Assembly (NCBI GenBank): GCA_963735595.1
Contig: CAVTLK010000002.1
Span: 288,001-352,000 of the forward strand
Direction: 5' to 3'
Source of the DNA: an uncultured delta proteobacterium
GTDB taxonomy: Bacteria; Desulfobacterota; Zymogenia; Zymogenales; Zymogenaceae
DNA length: 64,000 bases
In this document: positions 23,192 to 36,105 of the stretch, piece by piece
How positions within the stretch are numbered: position 1 is the stretch's first letter
Layout of the letters: each line of letters starts with the position of its first letter
Program-made: the position numbers and the translations under genes
The notes under the pieces: model-generated
Database searches by the model: none
Told to the model about the DNA's origin: nothing
Seen by the model: only the letters and a program-made list of their open reading frames with translations

Positions 23192-24235
23192 ATGAGCAGA
23201 GATGTATTCGAGGCCTGGACCGGTCCCGGCAAGAGGGACAGGGAAATCCAGCTGATCGAGCCGAAAGAAAACGCGGTTCACGTAGTGGACGGCAGGACCT
23301 ACCTGGAGTGGTGGTATTTCGACGCCATCCTCGAGACCGGGCACGTGGTGATCGGCTTTTTACAGGCATCGGAGCTGTTGAGCCGCAAACCGGGCGTCGA
23401 GCTTCATGTCTATCTGCCCTCGGGCGAAAAGCTGTCTGAAATCAAACGCTATGACGTATCGGACGTGCGGATCTCGGAAGATATCTGCGACGTTCGGGTC
23501 GGGGACAACAGCGCGTCGGTTACGTACCCGCAGGGCGGGGCCCCGCCGGTCTATACGATCCACATTGCCGAGGGTAATCTCGAGGCGAAATTGACCTTCA
23601 CGGTTCAGGTCCCCGGCTGGAGGCCGGGCCTGGGTAAGACAACCTACGGCAAGAAAGGCTACTTTGCCTGGATCGTCCCGATCCCGAGGGCGCGTGTGGA
23701 AGGTACGATCAGGATCAACGATACGGTCATTGCCGCCCGGGGAATCGGGTACCATGACCACAACTGGGGAACGGCCGATATGAAACGGATCCTCACCCAC
23801 TGGTACTGGGGGAGGATTTACGCCGATGATTTCACCCTCATCTATGCCTATGTACGGACAAACCGCCGTTTCGGGAACGCATGCTCAAAGCCGCTGATGA
23901 TAGCCCATAAGGACCGGATAATTTATAGTACCGGGCAATGGGAGCTATCGGAGGGGCCGTCCGTCTTTAATGCCGTCGCCAACCGGCACTACCCGCGGTA
24001 CGTGACGATAGACGCGCCGGGGGAGTTTTCGCTGAGGCTGGACGTGAAAGAGATAATCGACGCCCATGATTTCCTCGAAGGCCTGAATCCTCTCCTCAGG
24101 TGGGGGATCAATACAACCTTCGGCCGGCCCGGCTATTTCAGGTTCAAGTCGGATTTCGACCTTACCGTCGTCGATAAAAAAGAAGCGTTTCACCGCACGG
24201 GGCAAACCCTCCACGAAATGGTGGCGCTGAAATAG
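23192..24235 (+). CDS. CrtC/AttH-like (hydroxyneurosporene synthase / lipocalin-like beta-barrel) protein
   Basis: YLEWWYFDA, ARVEGTI, GIGYHDHNWG, WYWGR; SD GAGGAG before ATG 23192. Confidence 0.75.
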   Translation: MSRDVFEAWTGPGKRDREIQLIEPKENAVHVVDGRTYLEWWYFDAILETGHVVIGFLQASELLSRKPGVELHVYLPSGEKLSEIKRYDVSDVRISEDICDVRVGDNSASVTYPQGGAPPVYTIHIAEGNLEAKLTFTVQVPGWRPGLGKTTYGKKGYFAWIVPIPRARVEGTIRINDTVIAARGIGYHDHNWGTADMKRILTHWYWGRIYADDFTLIYAYVRTNRRFGNACSKPLMIAHKDRIIYSTGQWELSEGPSVFNAVANRHYPRYVTIDAPGEFSLRLDVKEIIDAHDFLEGLNPLLRWGINTTFGRPGYFRFKSDFDLTVVDKKEAFHRTGQTLHEMVALK

Positions 24236-24302
24236 CGCCCGCACGGAGATGAGCGGAGTGGTCCGTCAGGGGCCCTATCCTTTGGACAAGTGCCGGCTTC
24301 TA

Positions 24303-24325
24303 TGATATATCAAAAACATGACCAG
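24303..24325. promoter_or_regulatory. Candidate TetR autoregulatory site
   Basis: Perfect palindrome TGATATATCA (24303-24312); also TATATCA-N6-TGA with the same half-site and spacing as the 18259 operator, overlapping the tetR start codon. Confidence 0.5.
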
Positions 24326-24971
24326 GCATAAACAATCGGACGATACGTGGCGGCGTATTCTTGATTCCGCCGAAACGCTGTTCGCGAAGGCGGGTTACGA
24401 CGGGGCCTCCACCCGCGAGATCGCCAAGGCGGCGGACGTCTCGATCAATACACTGCACTACCATTGCGGCGGCAAGAAAAACCTTTACGAAAAGGTGCTG
24501 GAGCGGGCCCTGGTCTCCGTTACGGCGCTGGTCAATCGGCACGTCGAGGGGATGCTCGGCAAAGACCTGGGCGACGCCGGGATGCTCGAGGAGTCCGTCA
24601 CCCGGCTTATCGATGAGCTGTTCGATATGCTGCATGCGCACCCCAACTACGCCCGGCTCTTTATTCGCCAGCTGCTGGTTACCGATCTTGACCTCAGGAA
24701 CGTGGAGGACGATACGTTGGTGCCGACACTCCGGGTCTGGTCGGAGCGGATAGAGTCTCAAATCGATACAAAACGCCTCGGGACGATGAACCTCTTTCTC
24801 TTCTTCCTCTCGGCAAGCCTCATGTACTGGGGCCTGTTTGTCCAGCCGAAGTTTATCGCGAGGTATTTTCGGATCGACCCTAATTCCGACGCGTATCTTT
24901 CAATCCTCAAGGGCCACGCCAGGGAGATGACGCTCAGGATGATTGAAGAGCGTCGACCGCAGTTGCCCTGA
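24318..24971 (+). CDS. TetR/AcrR family transcriptional regulator
   Basis: RILDSAETLFAKAGYDGASTREIAKAADVSINTLHYHCGGKKNLY helix-turn-helix. Confidence 0.93.
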   Translation: MTRHKQSDDTWRRILDSAETLFAKAGYDGASTREIAKAADVSINTLHYHCGGKKNLYEKVLERALVSVTALVNRHVEGMLGKDLGDAGMLEESVTRLIDELFDMLHAHPNYARLFIRQLLVTDLDLRNVEDDTLVPTLRVWSERIESQIDTKRLGTMNLFLFFLSASLMYWGLFVQPKFIARYFRIDPNSDAYLSILKGHAREMTLRMIEERRPQLP

Positions 24972-25005
24972 CACGCGCCTGGTACACAATCCCGCCCGCG
25001 CCCGA

Positions 25006-25938
25006 TTATCCCCTCGAAACGGTATCCGTTCGTCGTGAGTCGCGGATCACTTTAATTGCGCGTTTGGGGAACAGGAGGAAGACCGCGCAGTTAATGAGCC
25101 CCGGCAGGCGGTTCATGACGAAGAAATCCCTGACGGAACCGGCGGCGATCACGATTTTCTCGAACGGCGTGGTCTGATTGATATGTCCCGGGGGTGTGCG
25201 TCTTTTCGATGATGCTCTGCGCAGATACCGAAGCCGGGCGACCCACAGGAGCGGCACGTACCCGCAGTATCTTTTTACTATATCTATCGCCGTTTTCAGC
25301 GCCTGGTCGTATCGGCTGCGTGTCTTTGTTTCGGGGTGCTCCCGGTATTGGGCGACGACCTCGTTGACAAAGCCGATCTCCCCGATACGCGCAAGCTTCC
25401 ACCACAGGTCGTAGTCCATGCCGAAATGGAGGGCCTCGTCAAGCCCCCCAACGCGCTCCCACGCCTGCCGCCTGATCAATGACGCCGGCTGGCAGATGGT
25501 ATTGAACGAGGCGAATATGCGGGGAGAGAAGGGCCGGGAGTAGTGCGCACCGATGACGGTTCCGTTCTCGTCGATGATCTCCCCGTGCCCGTGCGCCGCA
25601 ACGCATTCTTCGTGCTCGTCCAGAAAGCGCGCAAGGTCCGTGAGCCTTTCCGGGAACACCACGTCGTCGGCATTTACCCAGCAGACGTATCGTTCGGTGT
25701 CGGCCATGCGCGCGCCTTCGTTGACGGCCGCCGATTGGCCCGCGTCGGGGCGGGACCTCCAGTACTTAAATCTCTCTCCATATTCCCTTATGATATCGAG
25801 CGAATTGTCGGCTGACCCCGCGTCCATGAGCACGACGGAGATATCCAAGCTCGGCTCCGCAAAGAGGCGCTCAAGGTTTCGTGCGAGATACCGCCCCTGA
25901 TTGAGGTTGGGTATTACTATCAGAATCCCGGTCATCAT
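25006..25938 (-). CDS. Glycosyltransferase family 2
   Basis: VIPNLNQGRYL, MDAGSADNS, GQSAAVNEG, WVNADD, MDYDLW. The start is approximate. Confidence 0.9.
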   Translation of the reverse strand: MMTGILIVIPNLNQGRYLARNLERLFAEPSLDISVVLMDAGSADNSLDIIREYGERFKYWRSRPDAGQSAAVNEGARMADTERYVCWVNADDVVFPERLTDLARFLDEHEECVAAHGHGEIIDENGTVIGAHYSRPFSPRIFASFNTICQPASLIRRQAWERVGGLDEALHFGMDYDLWWKLARIGEIGFVNEVVAQYREHPETKTRSRYDQALKTAIDIVKRYCGYVPLLWVARLRYLRRASSKRRTPPGHINQTTPFEKIVIAAGSVRDFFVMNRLPGLINCAVFLLFPKRAIKVIRDSRRTDTVSRG

Positions 25939-25966
25939 TTCATCGCAATAATGCGGATAATTGGGG

Positions 25967-27205
25967 TTACGTCCCACCTGTCCTATTCGGACGGGGGCCT
26001 TCTTGTGTTGTTCTTCGCGACGTTACCCGGCCTTTTATCCATGAAAGGAGCTTCATAGATTTATACACCGGGTCAACGAACGGGAGCGTGTAGTAGAAAT
26101 AGCGTTTTCGGTCGAAACAACCGGGGGTCTCTTCGAAGACCCTGAGATGATCCCCGGCCGTATTTTCGGGAGAGAAAAGCCGGGCCCGCCGCCTCCCTTT
26201 CCTCGAAAGCTCCGCCCTCAGCTGCCCGTCGGTGATGACGTTATGAACCGCCTGGGCGAGCCCGTGCGAATCCAGCGGATCTATCAGCAGGGCCGCATCG
26301 CCGACCACCTCCGGGATGGACGTCGTGTTCGAACAGATTACCGGGCAGCCGACGGCCATCGCCTCAACCAGCGGTATGCCGAATCCCTCAAACAACGACG
26401 GATAGCACAGGCATACCGCGTTCTTGTACAAGGATATGAGGTCGGGCTTGTCAACGAATCCGAGCGATATGACCCGGTCGGCGATGCCGAGCCTCCGGCT
26501 TTCCGCGAGGACATCAAAGCCGTCCCGGGGGTCCTCGCCCGTCAGGACGAGGGAGACATCGTCCCGGTACTGTTCGTTGAGTATCCGAATCATCTCGAGG
26601 AGCGTGCGGTGGTTCTTATGCTTCCAGCGGTTTGCCGGGTAAAAGACGTACTGCCGGGGAATCCCGTCCGGCCGCGGCGGCCCGGTCCGGCCGTAATCGG
26701 CGTAAAAGTCGCTTTCGGCGCCCAGGTATATCCGTACTACCTTACGGGGGTCGACGCCATAGCGTTCGATGAGGGCATTTCTCGAAAAATCCGATATGGT
26801 AATGACCCTGTCGGCCATTGTCACGGAGTTCTTATAGTGTATCCTTCTTGCCAGGAGGGACCGTCCGGTAAAGAACTGCGGAAAAAAGCTATCCTGAATA
26901 TCGGCCAGGGTGTAGACGCTGGGAATGGGCACCGGCCTCGGCTCCAATATCCCAACGGGGCAGAAATAGAGATCGAGCTTCCTGACATGCCCCAGGATCT
27001 CCGAAGGACGCGCAACCTGAATGCCCCGTTCAGCCCATCTATTACTTTTCAATGCACTGAGGAAGCGGAGGTTGTCTTCCGTAAAGAAGAAGGTGTAGTC
27101 ATTGCCGGTATCGTTCTCCAACAGGAAATCGAAGAGGTTGCTGAAATAGACTCTCAAGCCCCCGATCTTATCCTCGAGATTGATACAATTAACGCCGATT
27201 TTCAT
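25967..27205 (-). CDS. Glycosyltransferase family 4 (GT-B)
   Basis: [33 protein letters not shown]. Confidence 0.92.
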   Translation of the reverse strand: MKIGVNCINLEDKIGGLRVYFSNLFDFLLENDTGNDYTFFFTEDNLRFLSALKSNRWAERGIQVARPSEILGHVRKLDLYFCPVGILEPRPVPIPSVYTLADIQDSFFPQFFTGRSLLARRIHYKNSVTMADRVITISDFSRNALIERYGVDPRKVVRIYLGAESDFYADYGRTGPPRPDGIPRQYVFYPANRWKHKNHRTLLEMIRILNEQYRDDVSLVLTGEDPRDGFDVLAESRRLGIADRVISLGFVDKPDLISLYKNAVCLCYPSLFEGFGIPLVEAMAVGCPVICSNTTSIPEVVGDAALLIDPLDSHGLAQAVHNVITDGQLRAELSRKGRRRARLFSPENTAGDHLRVFEETPGCFDRKRYFYYTLPFVDPVYKSMKLLSWIKGRVTSRRTTQEGPRPNRTGGT

Positions 27206-27295
27206 TATCTATTTCATTAAAGGTTGGCCGGCATATCAGACAGGATATATGCGCCTATCCCCGGGATGCAGAAATCATCCCGTGAACGGAGGCTG

Positions 27296-28384
27296 TCACT
27301 CTTTCGTGTCGGAAGAGTACTGTTTCCTGAACTTTGATAGGTCGTTGATGGGCCTCCATAAGGCTCGAAAGAATATCTTTTTCATCGTTCGCGCGGGATT
27401 GTCCCTTATCTGACTGAGGATATCCGGCGTCTTCTCGATGACGTCACTCAATGTCATGGGGTTTGCTTTAAACTCGGCCGATACGGCCTTTTCAAGGAAA
27501 TATTCGCGGATGCCGTCAACGGACGCCTTCAACGCCTTATTGTACTCATCATGAGGGCTGGTATCGTTAAGCCACGTAATTTTTGAGACAGTGCTTTCGT
27601 GTATGTTTCTATTGAAAAATATATCATTTGCCTGATCCGATATGAAATGGGACCCGGCATCCAAACCGATATTTCTTATAAATCCTTTTGTCGGGAGCAA
27701 ATGGACCTTATGGAAATAGAGCGTGAGGATAGCTATCTTAACGTCCCACGCCGGAGACGTATCCCAGATCTTCTTTCTTCTCCTCGAAAAATCCCGCGCG
27801 AACAATACGAGATCGTTTCCCGCGGTATTCGGGATGTCCCTGTAGGCCCGCAAATCCGCCCCGCCCCCGGAGAAATGGGAGGAGATCATATCCCAGCGGT
27901 CCTTCCATGTGGCCCATCCCCACCCCATAAACCGCGCGGAGCTCACAAAGCTGTACCGATACGACTTAAAAAAACTATCCTCTATTTGTTGATAGCCACC
28001 AATCGAGAAAACCCTGCTGTCCCTTTCGTAATGCTGCAATGCCCTTTTCACTACGGAATAGAAGCCGGGCATTGGGAGGCAGTCGTCTTCAAGAAAAATC
28101 GCTGAGCTATATGATCGAAATACCGAATATATGTTGTCAACGACCCCTGCTAATCCCTCGTTTTTATCCTTAAAAAAGTAATCGACACCGGCCCAGTCAA
28201 TTCCCTTGGCGACCCTCTTACACTCCTCGACGGGACCAACGGACGTTTCGTTTTTCGGCCCATCTATAAATACTATCACGTGATCGACATCCTGGGTTTT
28301 AACGGCGGACACTATCCGGGCGAACATATCCGGCCGGTTATAGGCAAACAGCACACAGGGCACTATGTTCTTCTTATGCGCCAT
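27296..28384 (-). CDS. GT-A fold glycosyltransferase (GT2-like)
   Basis: LFAYNRP, FIDGPK, IFLEDD, WGWATWKDRW, RNIGLD. Confidence 0.85.
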   Translation of the reverse strand: MAHKKNIVPCVLFAYNRPDMFARIVSAVKTQDVDHVIVFIDGPKNETSVGPVEECKRVAKGIDWAGVDYFFKDKNEGLAGVVDNIYSVFRSYSSAIFLEDDCLPMPGFYSVVKRALQHYERDSRVFSIGGYQQIEDSFFKSYRYSFVSSARFMGWGWATWKDRWDMISSHFSGGGADLRAYRDIPNTAGNDLVLFARDFSRRRKKIWDTSPAWDVKIAILTLYFHKVHLLPTKGFIRNIGLDAGSHFISDQANDIFFNRNIHESTVSKITWLNDTSPHDEYNKALKASVDGIREYFLEKAVSAEFKANPMTLSDVIEKTPDILSQIRDNPARTMKKIFFRALWRPINDLSKFRKQYSSDTKE

Positions 28385-28450
28385 CGATATACCCGTAGGC
28401 TAACATTACCGTACGATCAGCTCATTAGTATTAGGTGACGTTTCCAAGTC

Positions 28451-29401
28451 CTATGGTGTCTGATACTTCTCTTTAATTTTCTGGACAATCCTTTCGTAGC
28501 GAACGCCAAGGATATAAATATACTTTTCGGTATGCTCATTGATATAGTTGAATAAGAAAGGAAATTTTGTCCGGTTTCGAAAGATTAGCCCATATATGCA
28601 GTCGGCGAATATCACCGCCAGTAAACCGAAAATTTCCAACAGGTATAACAACTTATGGAAGACCGTTATATTCTGGGGAAGGAAGACGTAACTGGAATAA
28701 CGGCCCAAGACAAATGCGTTGTATATATTCCAAGATTTCTTCATTTTCTTCGGCTGCACGAGGTGGAATGTATACAGCTCCGGTACGTAGAGTGTCACGG
28801 CATCCGGTTTTCTATTTCTGATTTTCCGTATTAATGCGGCTTCTTCACCGTATCCCAGGGCATCACCATGATGTCCAAGTATGGGATCGAAACCACCGTG
28901 CTTGTTAATGAGACTCCTCCGAAAAAACATATTCGGACCGTGCACGTACTCAGTATGGGATAGTGTCCTCGTTTCAGGGCCGAGGTAAAGCGACTGGTAT
29001 CGGTCCTGAAACCAGGCCGGCTTTTTGCTCAAATAGAAAGGGTAATAAGGCCCGCCAAAAATATCCGGAGATTGATCCTCGATTATCTTGACAGCTACTT
29101 CCAGCCAGTTCTCCGGTACCCTACAATCATCGTCGGTGAAGCCCACGTATTCAGTCTGCGCCAGGCGCACGCCCGCATTACGCGCGTGAGACGGTCCCGG
29201 TTTCGTCTCAAAAACGTAGCGCACATTACCACGGCCGTTAAAACTCTCGACAACGGAACGGGTGTCGTCCGTGGAGTTGTTGTCAGAAATGATTACTTCG
29301 TATCGGGATTTATCGAGACTCTGGTTGCACAGGGTTCCCAGTAATGACCGGAGCCACTCGGCACGGTTATAGGTGCAAACGACAACCGATATTTCAGTCA
29401 T
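28451..29401 (-). CDS. Glycosyltransferase family 2
   Basis: ISVVVCTYNR, DNNSTDDT, ARNAG, FTDDD. Confidence 0.92.
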   Translation of the reverse strand: MTEISVVVCTYNRAEWLRSLLGTLCNQSLDKSRYEVIISDNNSTDDTRSVVESFNGRGNVRYVFETKPGPSHARNAGVRLAQTEYVGFTDDDCRVPENWLEVAVKIIEDQSPDIFGGPYYPFYLSKKPAWFQDRYQSLYLGPETRTLSHTEYVHGPNMFFRRSLINKHGGFDPILGHHGDALGYGEEAALIRKIRNRKPDAVTLYVPELYTFHLVQPKKMKKSWNIYNAFVLGRYSSYVFLPQNITVFHKLLYLLEIFGLLAVIFADCIYGLIFRNRTKFPFLFNYINEHTEKYIYILGVRYERIVQKIKEKYQTP

Positions 29402-29704
29402 TTTTTGACCGCGCTATTTATGAAGAAGCTTATCCATACTGTTTCGTTGGAAATCCGATATGTATCGGTATATTCACTATACCTGTACGTCGCGGGTTTC
29501 ACGCAATGTTCAACGGTATATATGGCGCCCATAAATCCCTCTCCGAGTCCGTCCTCTAATGAATCGTAACGCATAGAACGCACCTGTCAGCGAGGAGCAG
29601 GCCAGGAGACGCGAACATGAGCAAGAAGCATTAAGATAGCGCCTGGTCCTTGGCCCTGATACAAGACATCGATATCTTTTACGGAAGCGATCCTCGGTCT
29701 ACTA

Positions 29705-31033
29705 TTAAAGACTCAAGGCGCGATTTGCCAGTGTCCGTGCGGTTTTTGCCCACGTATAGACTCCATAATGTGAGCGAATCTCCGCCTCTCTATCGCGGAT
29801 GGCCTTTCTATGGTTAAAATGGTAGGCCAGGCGCTCAACCCATGCAGATAAATCCCGCGGGTCAAGATACTCGACGAATCTGCCCCCGACCTCGGGCAAC
29901 GAGGAAGAGGAAGAAGCGATGCAGAACTTACCATATACAAGGCTTTCGGCAACCGGCAACCCCCAACCTTCATAAAGGGACGGGTAAACCGTAAAGAGGG
30001 CGTGACGATACAGGTAAGAGAGCTCGAAGTCACTGACGTGGTTTAGCATGAGAATTAGACCATGTACCGATCGGTCGAGACGGAGATTAGAAAGGAAGGA
30101 ATCCGTCCCCCATCCCGTCCTGCCAACGAACACGAGTTTGGGTAAGTGTCGCAGATCCTCTCTCATTAGCTGTTTGTACGCACGGTAGAGGATCTCATGG
30201 TTTTTTCGCGGCTCGATATTGGCGACAAAGATAATGTAAGGTGTCCGGCAGATAACACGTACCTGCGGGCCGATGGGACCTTTTCGGATTCCTATGTCCG
30301 CCCCAAGCCGGATTACCCCCAGGTCCGGGCAACGTATTTTGGCCGTCGAAAGGAACAGCTCAAGGTCACGAAGGGTGTTTTGAGAAATGCAGAGGATCTT
30401 ATCGGCACAGGTAGCCATGCTTTCCGTGAATTGGGCAAAATTTTTTAGTTGATCGCTCTCAACAAAATGTGGAAATTTAACCGGAATGAGATCGTAGCAT
30501 ATCGCCATCACGCCGATTCCCGTCCTCTTCTTGATGGCATACAGGCCCGGGAATATATTGGCTTCGGAATTCAAACCCACGGTAACATAGACATCTCCCC
30601 GGCGAAGCTCCGGTTCTATACTCTGTTCTCTCTGTCTAAGAAGCGTGAAGATAAGCCTCACCGGGGCTTGCCGTATCTTTGCCATGATACGCCATTGTTT
30701 TAAGAGATATCGGATAAGCCCGTCCTGTAATCGTCGAGGCAGACGACGAATTGCTGCCTTGATGAAACCTTTTATGCTCCAACCCGATCCTTCTGGCTGA
30801 TGGGAACGCACCGCTTCGGCGTAACTATCCAATCGCCGGATGTGGGCCTCGACTTCTTTACAGCACACCTCGCGATGGTACCCCCTTACGCTGTCGTAGC
30901 GGCAAAAACGTGTTTGATTCTTGAATTCAATAAGAAGATGACGAGCACTTTCCAATTCTACTCGAACGAAACCGACTATGGGTCCGTTCCAGTTGTATAT
31001 TCTGGTTATATCAAACCAGATCGATTTAGCCAT
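29705..31033 (-). CDS. Glycosyltransferase family 4
   Basis: YDLIPVKFP, IEPRKNH, YPSLYEGWGLPVAESL. Confidence 0.9.
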   Translation of the reverse strand: MAKSIWFDITRIYNWNGPIVGFVRVELESARHLLIEFKNQTRFCRYDSVRGYHREVCCKEVEAHIRRLDSYAEAVRSHQPEGSGWSIKGFIKAAIRRLPRRLQDGLIRYLLKQWRIMAKIRQAPVRLIFTLLRQREQSIEPELRRGDVYVTVGLNSEANIFPGLYAIKKRTGIGVMAICYDLIPVKFPHFVESDQLKNFAQFTESMATCADKILCISQNTLRDLELFLSTAKIRCPDLGVIRLGADIGIRKGPIGPQVRVICRTPYIIFVANIEPRKNHEILYRAYKQLMREDLRHLPKLVFVGRTGWGTDSFLSNLRLDRSVHGLILMLNHVSDFELSYLYRHALFTVYPSLYEGWGLPVAESLVYGKFCIASSSSSLPEVGGRFVEYLDPRDLSAWVERLAYHFNHRKAIRDREAEIRSHYGVYTWAKTARTLANRALSL

Positions 31034-31136
31034 GGAAGTATCCTGTTTTACGAGGTACGGGTACCTTTATGATGTCCGGGTATTATGCATGCGGCTTCAG
31101 ACGTTGTCAATAATAGAAGAGGCCGCCTCACGGCCT

Positions 31137-32096
31137 TCAGGCGGCGTCTATTCTTAACCTGTGCTTTAGCGCCTGAGGCACCAGTCGCCGCACCGCTGCC
31201 GGCGAATGTAAAATCAATCCCCGCAGGATTGAACCCGCTATGCTCTTGGGTTTCCACAGAATATACCTGTACCAGTATTTCAGGGGCTCAGAGAATCTAT
31301 ATGGAGTCTTTCTTACGTAATGCCAGTACAATTCCTTGCGCGGGTGATCGCAAAGATAGTGCCACGGTTTGATTGCGCCCAGGTAATGAATAACGGCCGG
31401 TTGGGACACGGCGTCCTGGAATTCCGTATATAAAGATTGAGGCCTTGCCCTGTGCCTGGGAAACGGCAGTATCTGCAGATTCCATCGGGGGTGCAGTGAA
31501 AAACGCTTGTCATAGAGCACCGCGTTGAGCGGGTCCTGGTCGGCGCACTGTATCTTATCGGGGTGTGCGGATGCGTAGCGCATTACCTGAGTTGAGATGC
31601 GATGTTTTCTAAATTTTTCCATGTCGATCAACAGGACACCGCTGTTGAAATACCCGTATTTGGCGGGAATGTTCAGCGTGTTATACTTGTCGTCTCCCGA
31701 ATCCACGTCTTCCACCGCGCCGAAGTAGCAGTTTCCCAGATCCGTGTTATACAATTCCGCCAGGGAGGTCGTCACGATGATATCGGGGTCCAGATACAGG
31801 ACCCTCTTGACCGCTTTGGGCAGTAGATCGGTGGACAAAACCCTGAGGTAGGCCGCTTCCGTGAAATATTGGCCGGTTTTGAGCCCCTCGATTCGCCGGA
31901 AGTCGCATCTTATGAAGTTGACCGTTACATCATATTTATTGAAAAATCTCTTGAATTTATGGATCGAAGTATCGTCCAAATCATAATGGAAATAAAATAG
32001 ATTTATACGCTCATTACGATTATTTTCCAGCAGCGATACGAGCATTACGTACGCATGCTTCATGTAATTCTTGTCGGTAGTGACCAAGATATTCAA
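31137..32096 (-). CDS. Glycosyltransferase family 8
   Basis: VLYLDPDII, YFNSGVLLID, DQDPLN, IHYLGAIKPW. Confidence 0.9.
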   Translation of the reverse strand: MNILVTTDKNYMKHAYVMLVSLLENNRNERINLFYFHYDLDDTSIHKFKRFFNKYDVTVNFIRCDFRRIEGLKTGQYFTEAAYLRVLSTDLLPKAVKRVLYLDPDIIVTTSLAELYNTDLGNCYFGAVEDVDSGDDKYNTLNIPAKYGYFNSGVLLIDMEKFRKHRISTQVMRYASAHPDKIQCADQDPLNAVLYDKRFSLHPRWNLQILPFPRHRARPQSLYTEFQDAVSQPAVIHYLGAIKPWHYLCDHPRKELYWHYVRKTPYRFSEPLKYWYRYILWKPKSIAGSILRGLILHSPAAVRRLVPQALKHRLRIDAA

Positions 32097-32193
32097 AGTC
32101 CAGGTTCCTGCTCGATATCGTTAGTCGGTTGATCCAAATGACCCGCACAATAAGGCTGTTTCACCCTGATGCTGGTATATGCGACGCATTGGA

Positions 32194-34582
<2,389 letters not shown>

Positions 34583-34586
<4 letters not shown>

Positions 34587-36007
34587 AGGTATTCTTCCAG
34601 CCCGGATTCCTTGAGCTTCTCGATGATCATCTTCACGTCCTGACTTCGGTCCTTGTTGGCCACCAGGATGACATCATCGGTTTCGACGATGATGATGTTC
34701 TCGATCCCTATCGTTGCCGCGAGCTTCTTGGGGCTGTAGATGATGCAGTTCTTCGTGTCTATACTGATGTGTCTGGACCATGTGACGTTGTTGTCCTTGG
34801 TCTTTTTGCTGATGAGGGCATCGAGCGCGGCCCATCCGCCGATATCACTCCACCCGATGTCGGCCGGCAGCACCAGCATGTTATCGGCATGTTCCAGGAC
34901 GCCGTAGTCGATTGATATTGATTCCAGGCGCGGATACGTTTCGGCCAGGACGTCCTCGATTTTTTCTCCGTCGCCGATTCTCTCCCGGATTTCCATGAGA
35001 ATCGAGTAGTTATCCGGCAGATACTTCTGGATGGAATCGAGGATCACGCCGGCCTTCCAGATGAAGATGCCTCCGTTCCAGTAGTAACTGGCGGACTTCA
35101 GGAATTTCTCGGCCAGTTTTTTTTCGGGCTTTTCCTCGAAACGGTCGACGGCAAAAAAGTCATGGCCGTTGAACGACGTATATCGACGGCCCTTTTTTAT
35201 ATACCCATATCCGGTTTCGGGATAGGTGGCCTTCATCCCGAGGGTAATGAGACAATCCTTTTGAGCGGCCAGATCATAGCTGACTTCCATTGCCTTTGTA
35301 GAAACCGTCCTCGTCCAAAATAAGGTGGTCCGCGGGAAAGACGGCCATCACCCCGTGTGGATTTTTTTCGTTTATGAGGATGGCGGCCAGTCCGATACAG
35401 GAGGCGGTATTTTTTGCGATCGGCTCAAATATCAGATTCTCTGGTGGGAATTTCGGGGAGGAGTTTCTCGAGCTCGTGCCGGTGTTCTTCGTTTGCGATG
35501 ATATAGATATTGTCTGCGGAGATGACCTTGTTGATCCTTTTGATCGTTTCGCGGATCATCGGCTCGGAGCTGATTATATCGAGCAGCTGCTTGGGCATTT
35601 TTTTTCTGCTTCTGGGCCAAAAACGCGTTCCGTGGCCCCCGGCCATGATAACGGCGTAGTAGTTCTTTTTTATACGGCCGTACTTATCCTCGAGACGCAC
35701 GACATCGTCAAGCTGGGCCGTGGAAACCTCAAGGACGTCGCATTCCTCGATTGCGATAAATCTATGCCGTACCTTCGGCATGATCCTGTATGATTGTCCC
35801 GGTTTCATGAGGATGCTTATGAGCCTACCGTTTTCCTCGACCTGCTAATTCCATAGAGCCCTGAGAAAGCAAGATGGTCTCATCTTTGAAGTTGTGGAAT
35901 TGCAGGCTGCTGCACTCGCCTTTGTAAATATGGAGGATCTTGCCCGCGTAACTCTCGGATTGGGCGTAAAGGATTTCGTATCCCCACGGTTTATCTATTC
36001 TTTTCAT
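34583..36007 (-). CDS. manC: Mannose-1-phosphate guanylyltransferase with N-terminal cupin domain, frameshifted
   Basis: KPWGYE...SLQFH...KDET...RHRF...DDVVRLEDKYGR reads straight into YAVIMAGGHGTRFWPRSRKKMPKQ; later PADH, PETGYGYI, FEEKP, SIDYGVLE, WSDIGGW. Confidence 0.85.
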
Positions 36008-36022
36008 AACCCTCTCCGATGG

Positions 36023-36043
36023 AAAAGAGGGGGAAATCCCCTC
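36023..36043 (-). terminator. Intrinsic terminator-like hairpin between wzt and manC
   Basis: Minus strand GAGGGG-ATTTC-CCCCTC followed by TTTT. Confidence 0.45.
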
Positions 36044-36105
36044 AACGTGCCCGCGCCGGGTAAGACCGACGAATACCGATAGTAACGGTTTAGCTCTTTC
36101 GGATT

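Noticed and set aside
23192..24235. Carotenoid biosynthesis (crtC)
   Set aside because: No crtB/crtI/crtD/crtF in the window; only the fold family is supported.
29402..29704. Small ORF or IS remnant in the GT cluster gap
   Set aside because: No terminal inverted repeats, transposase motifs or convincing coding signal.
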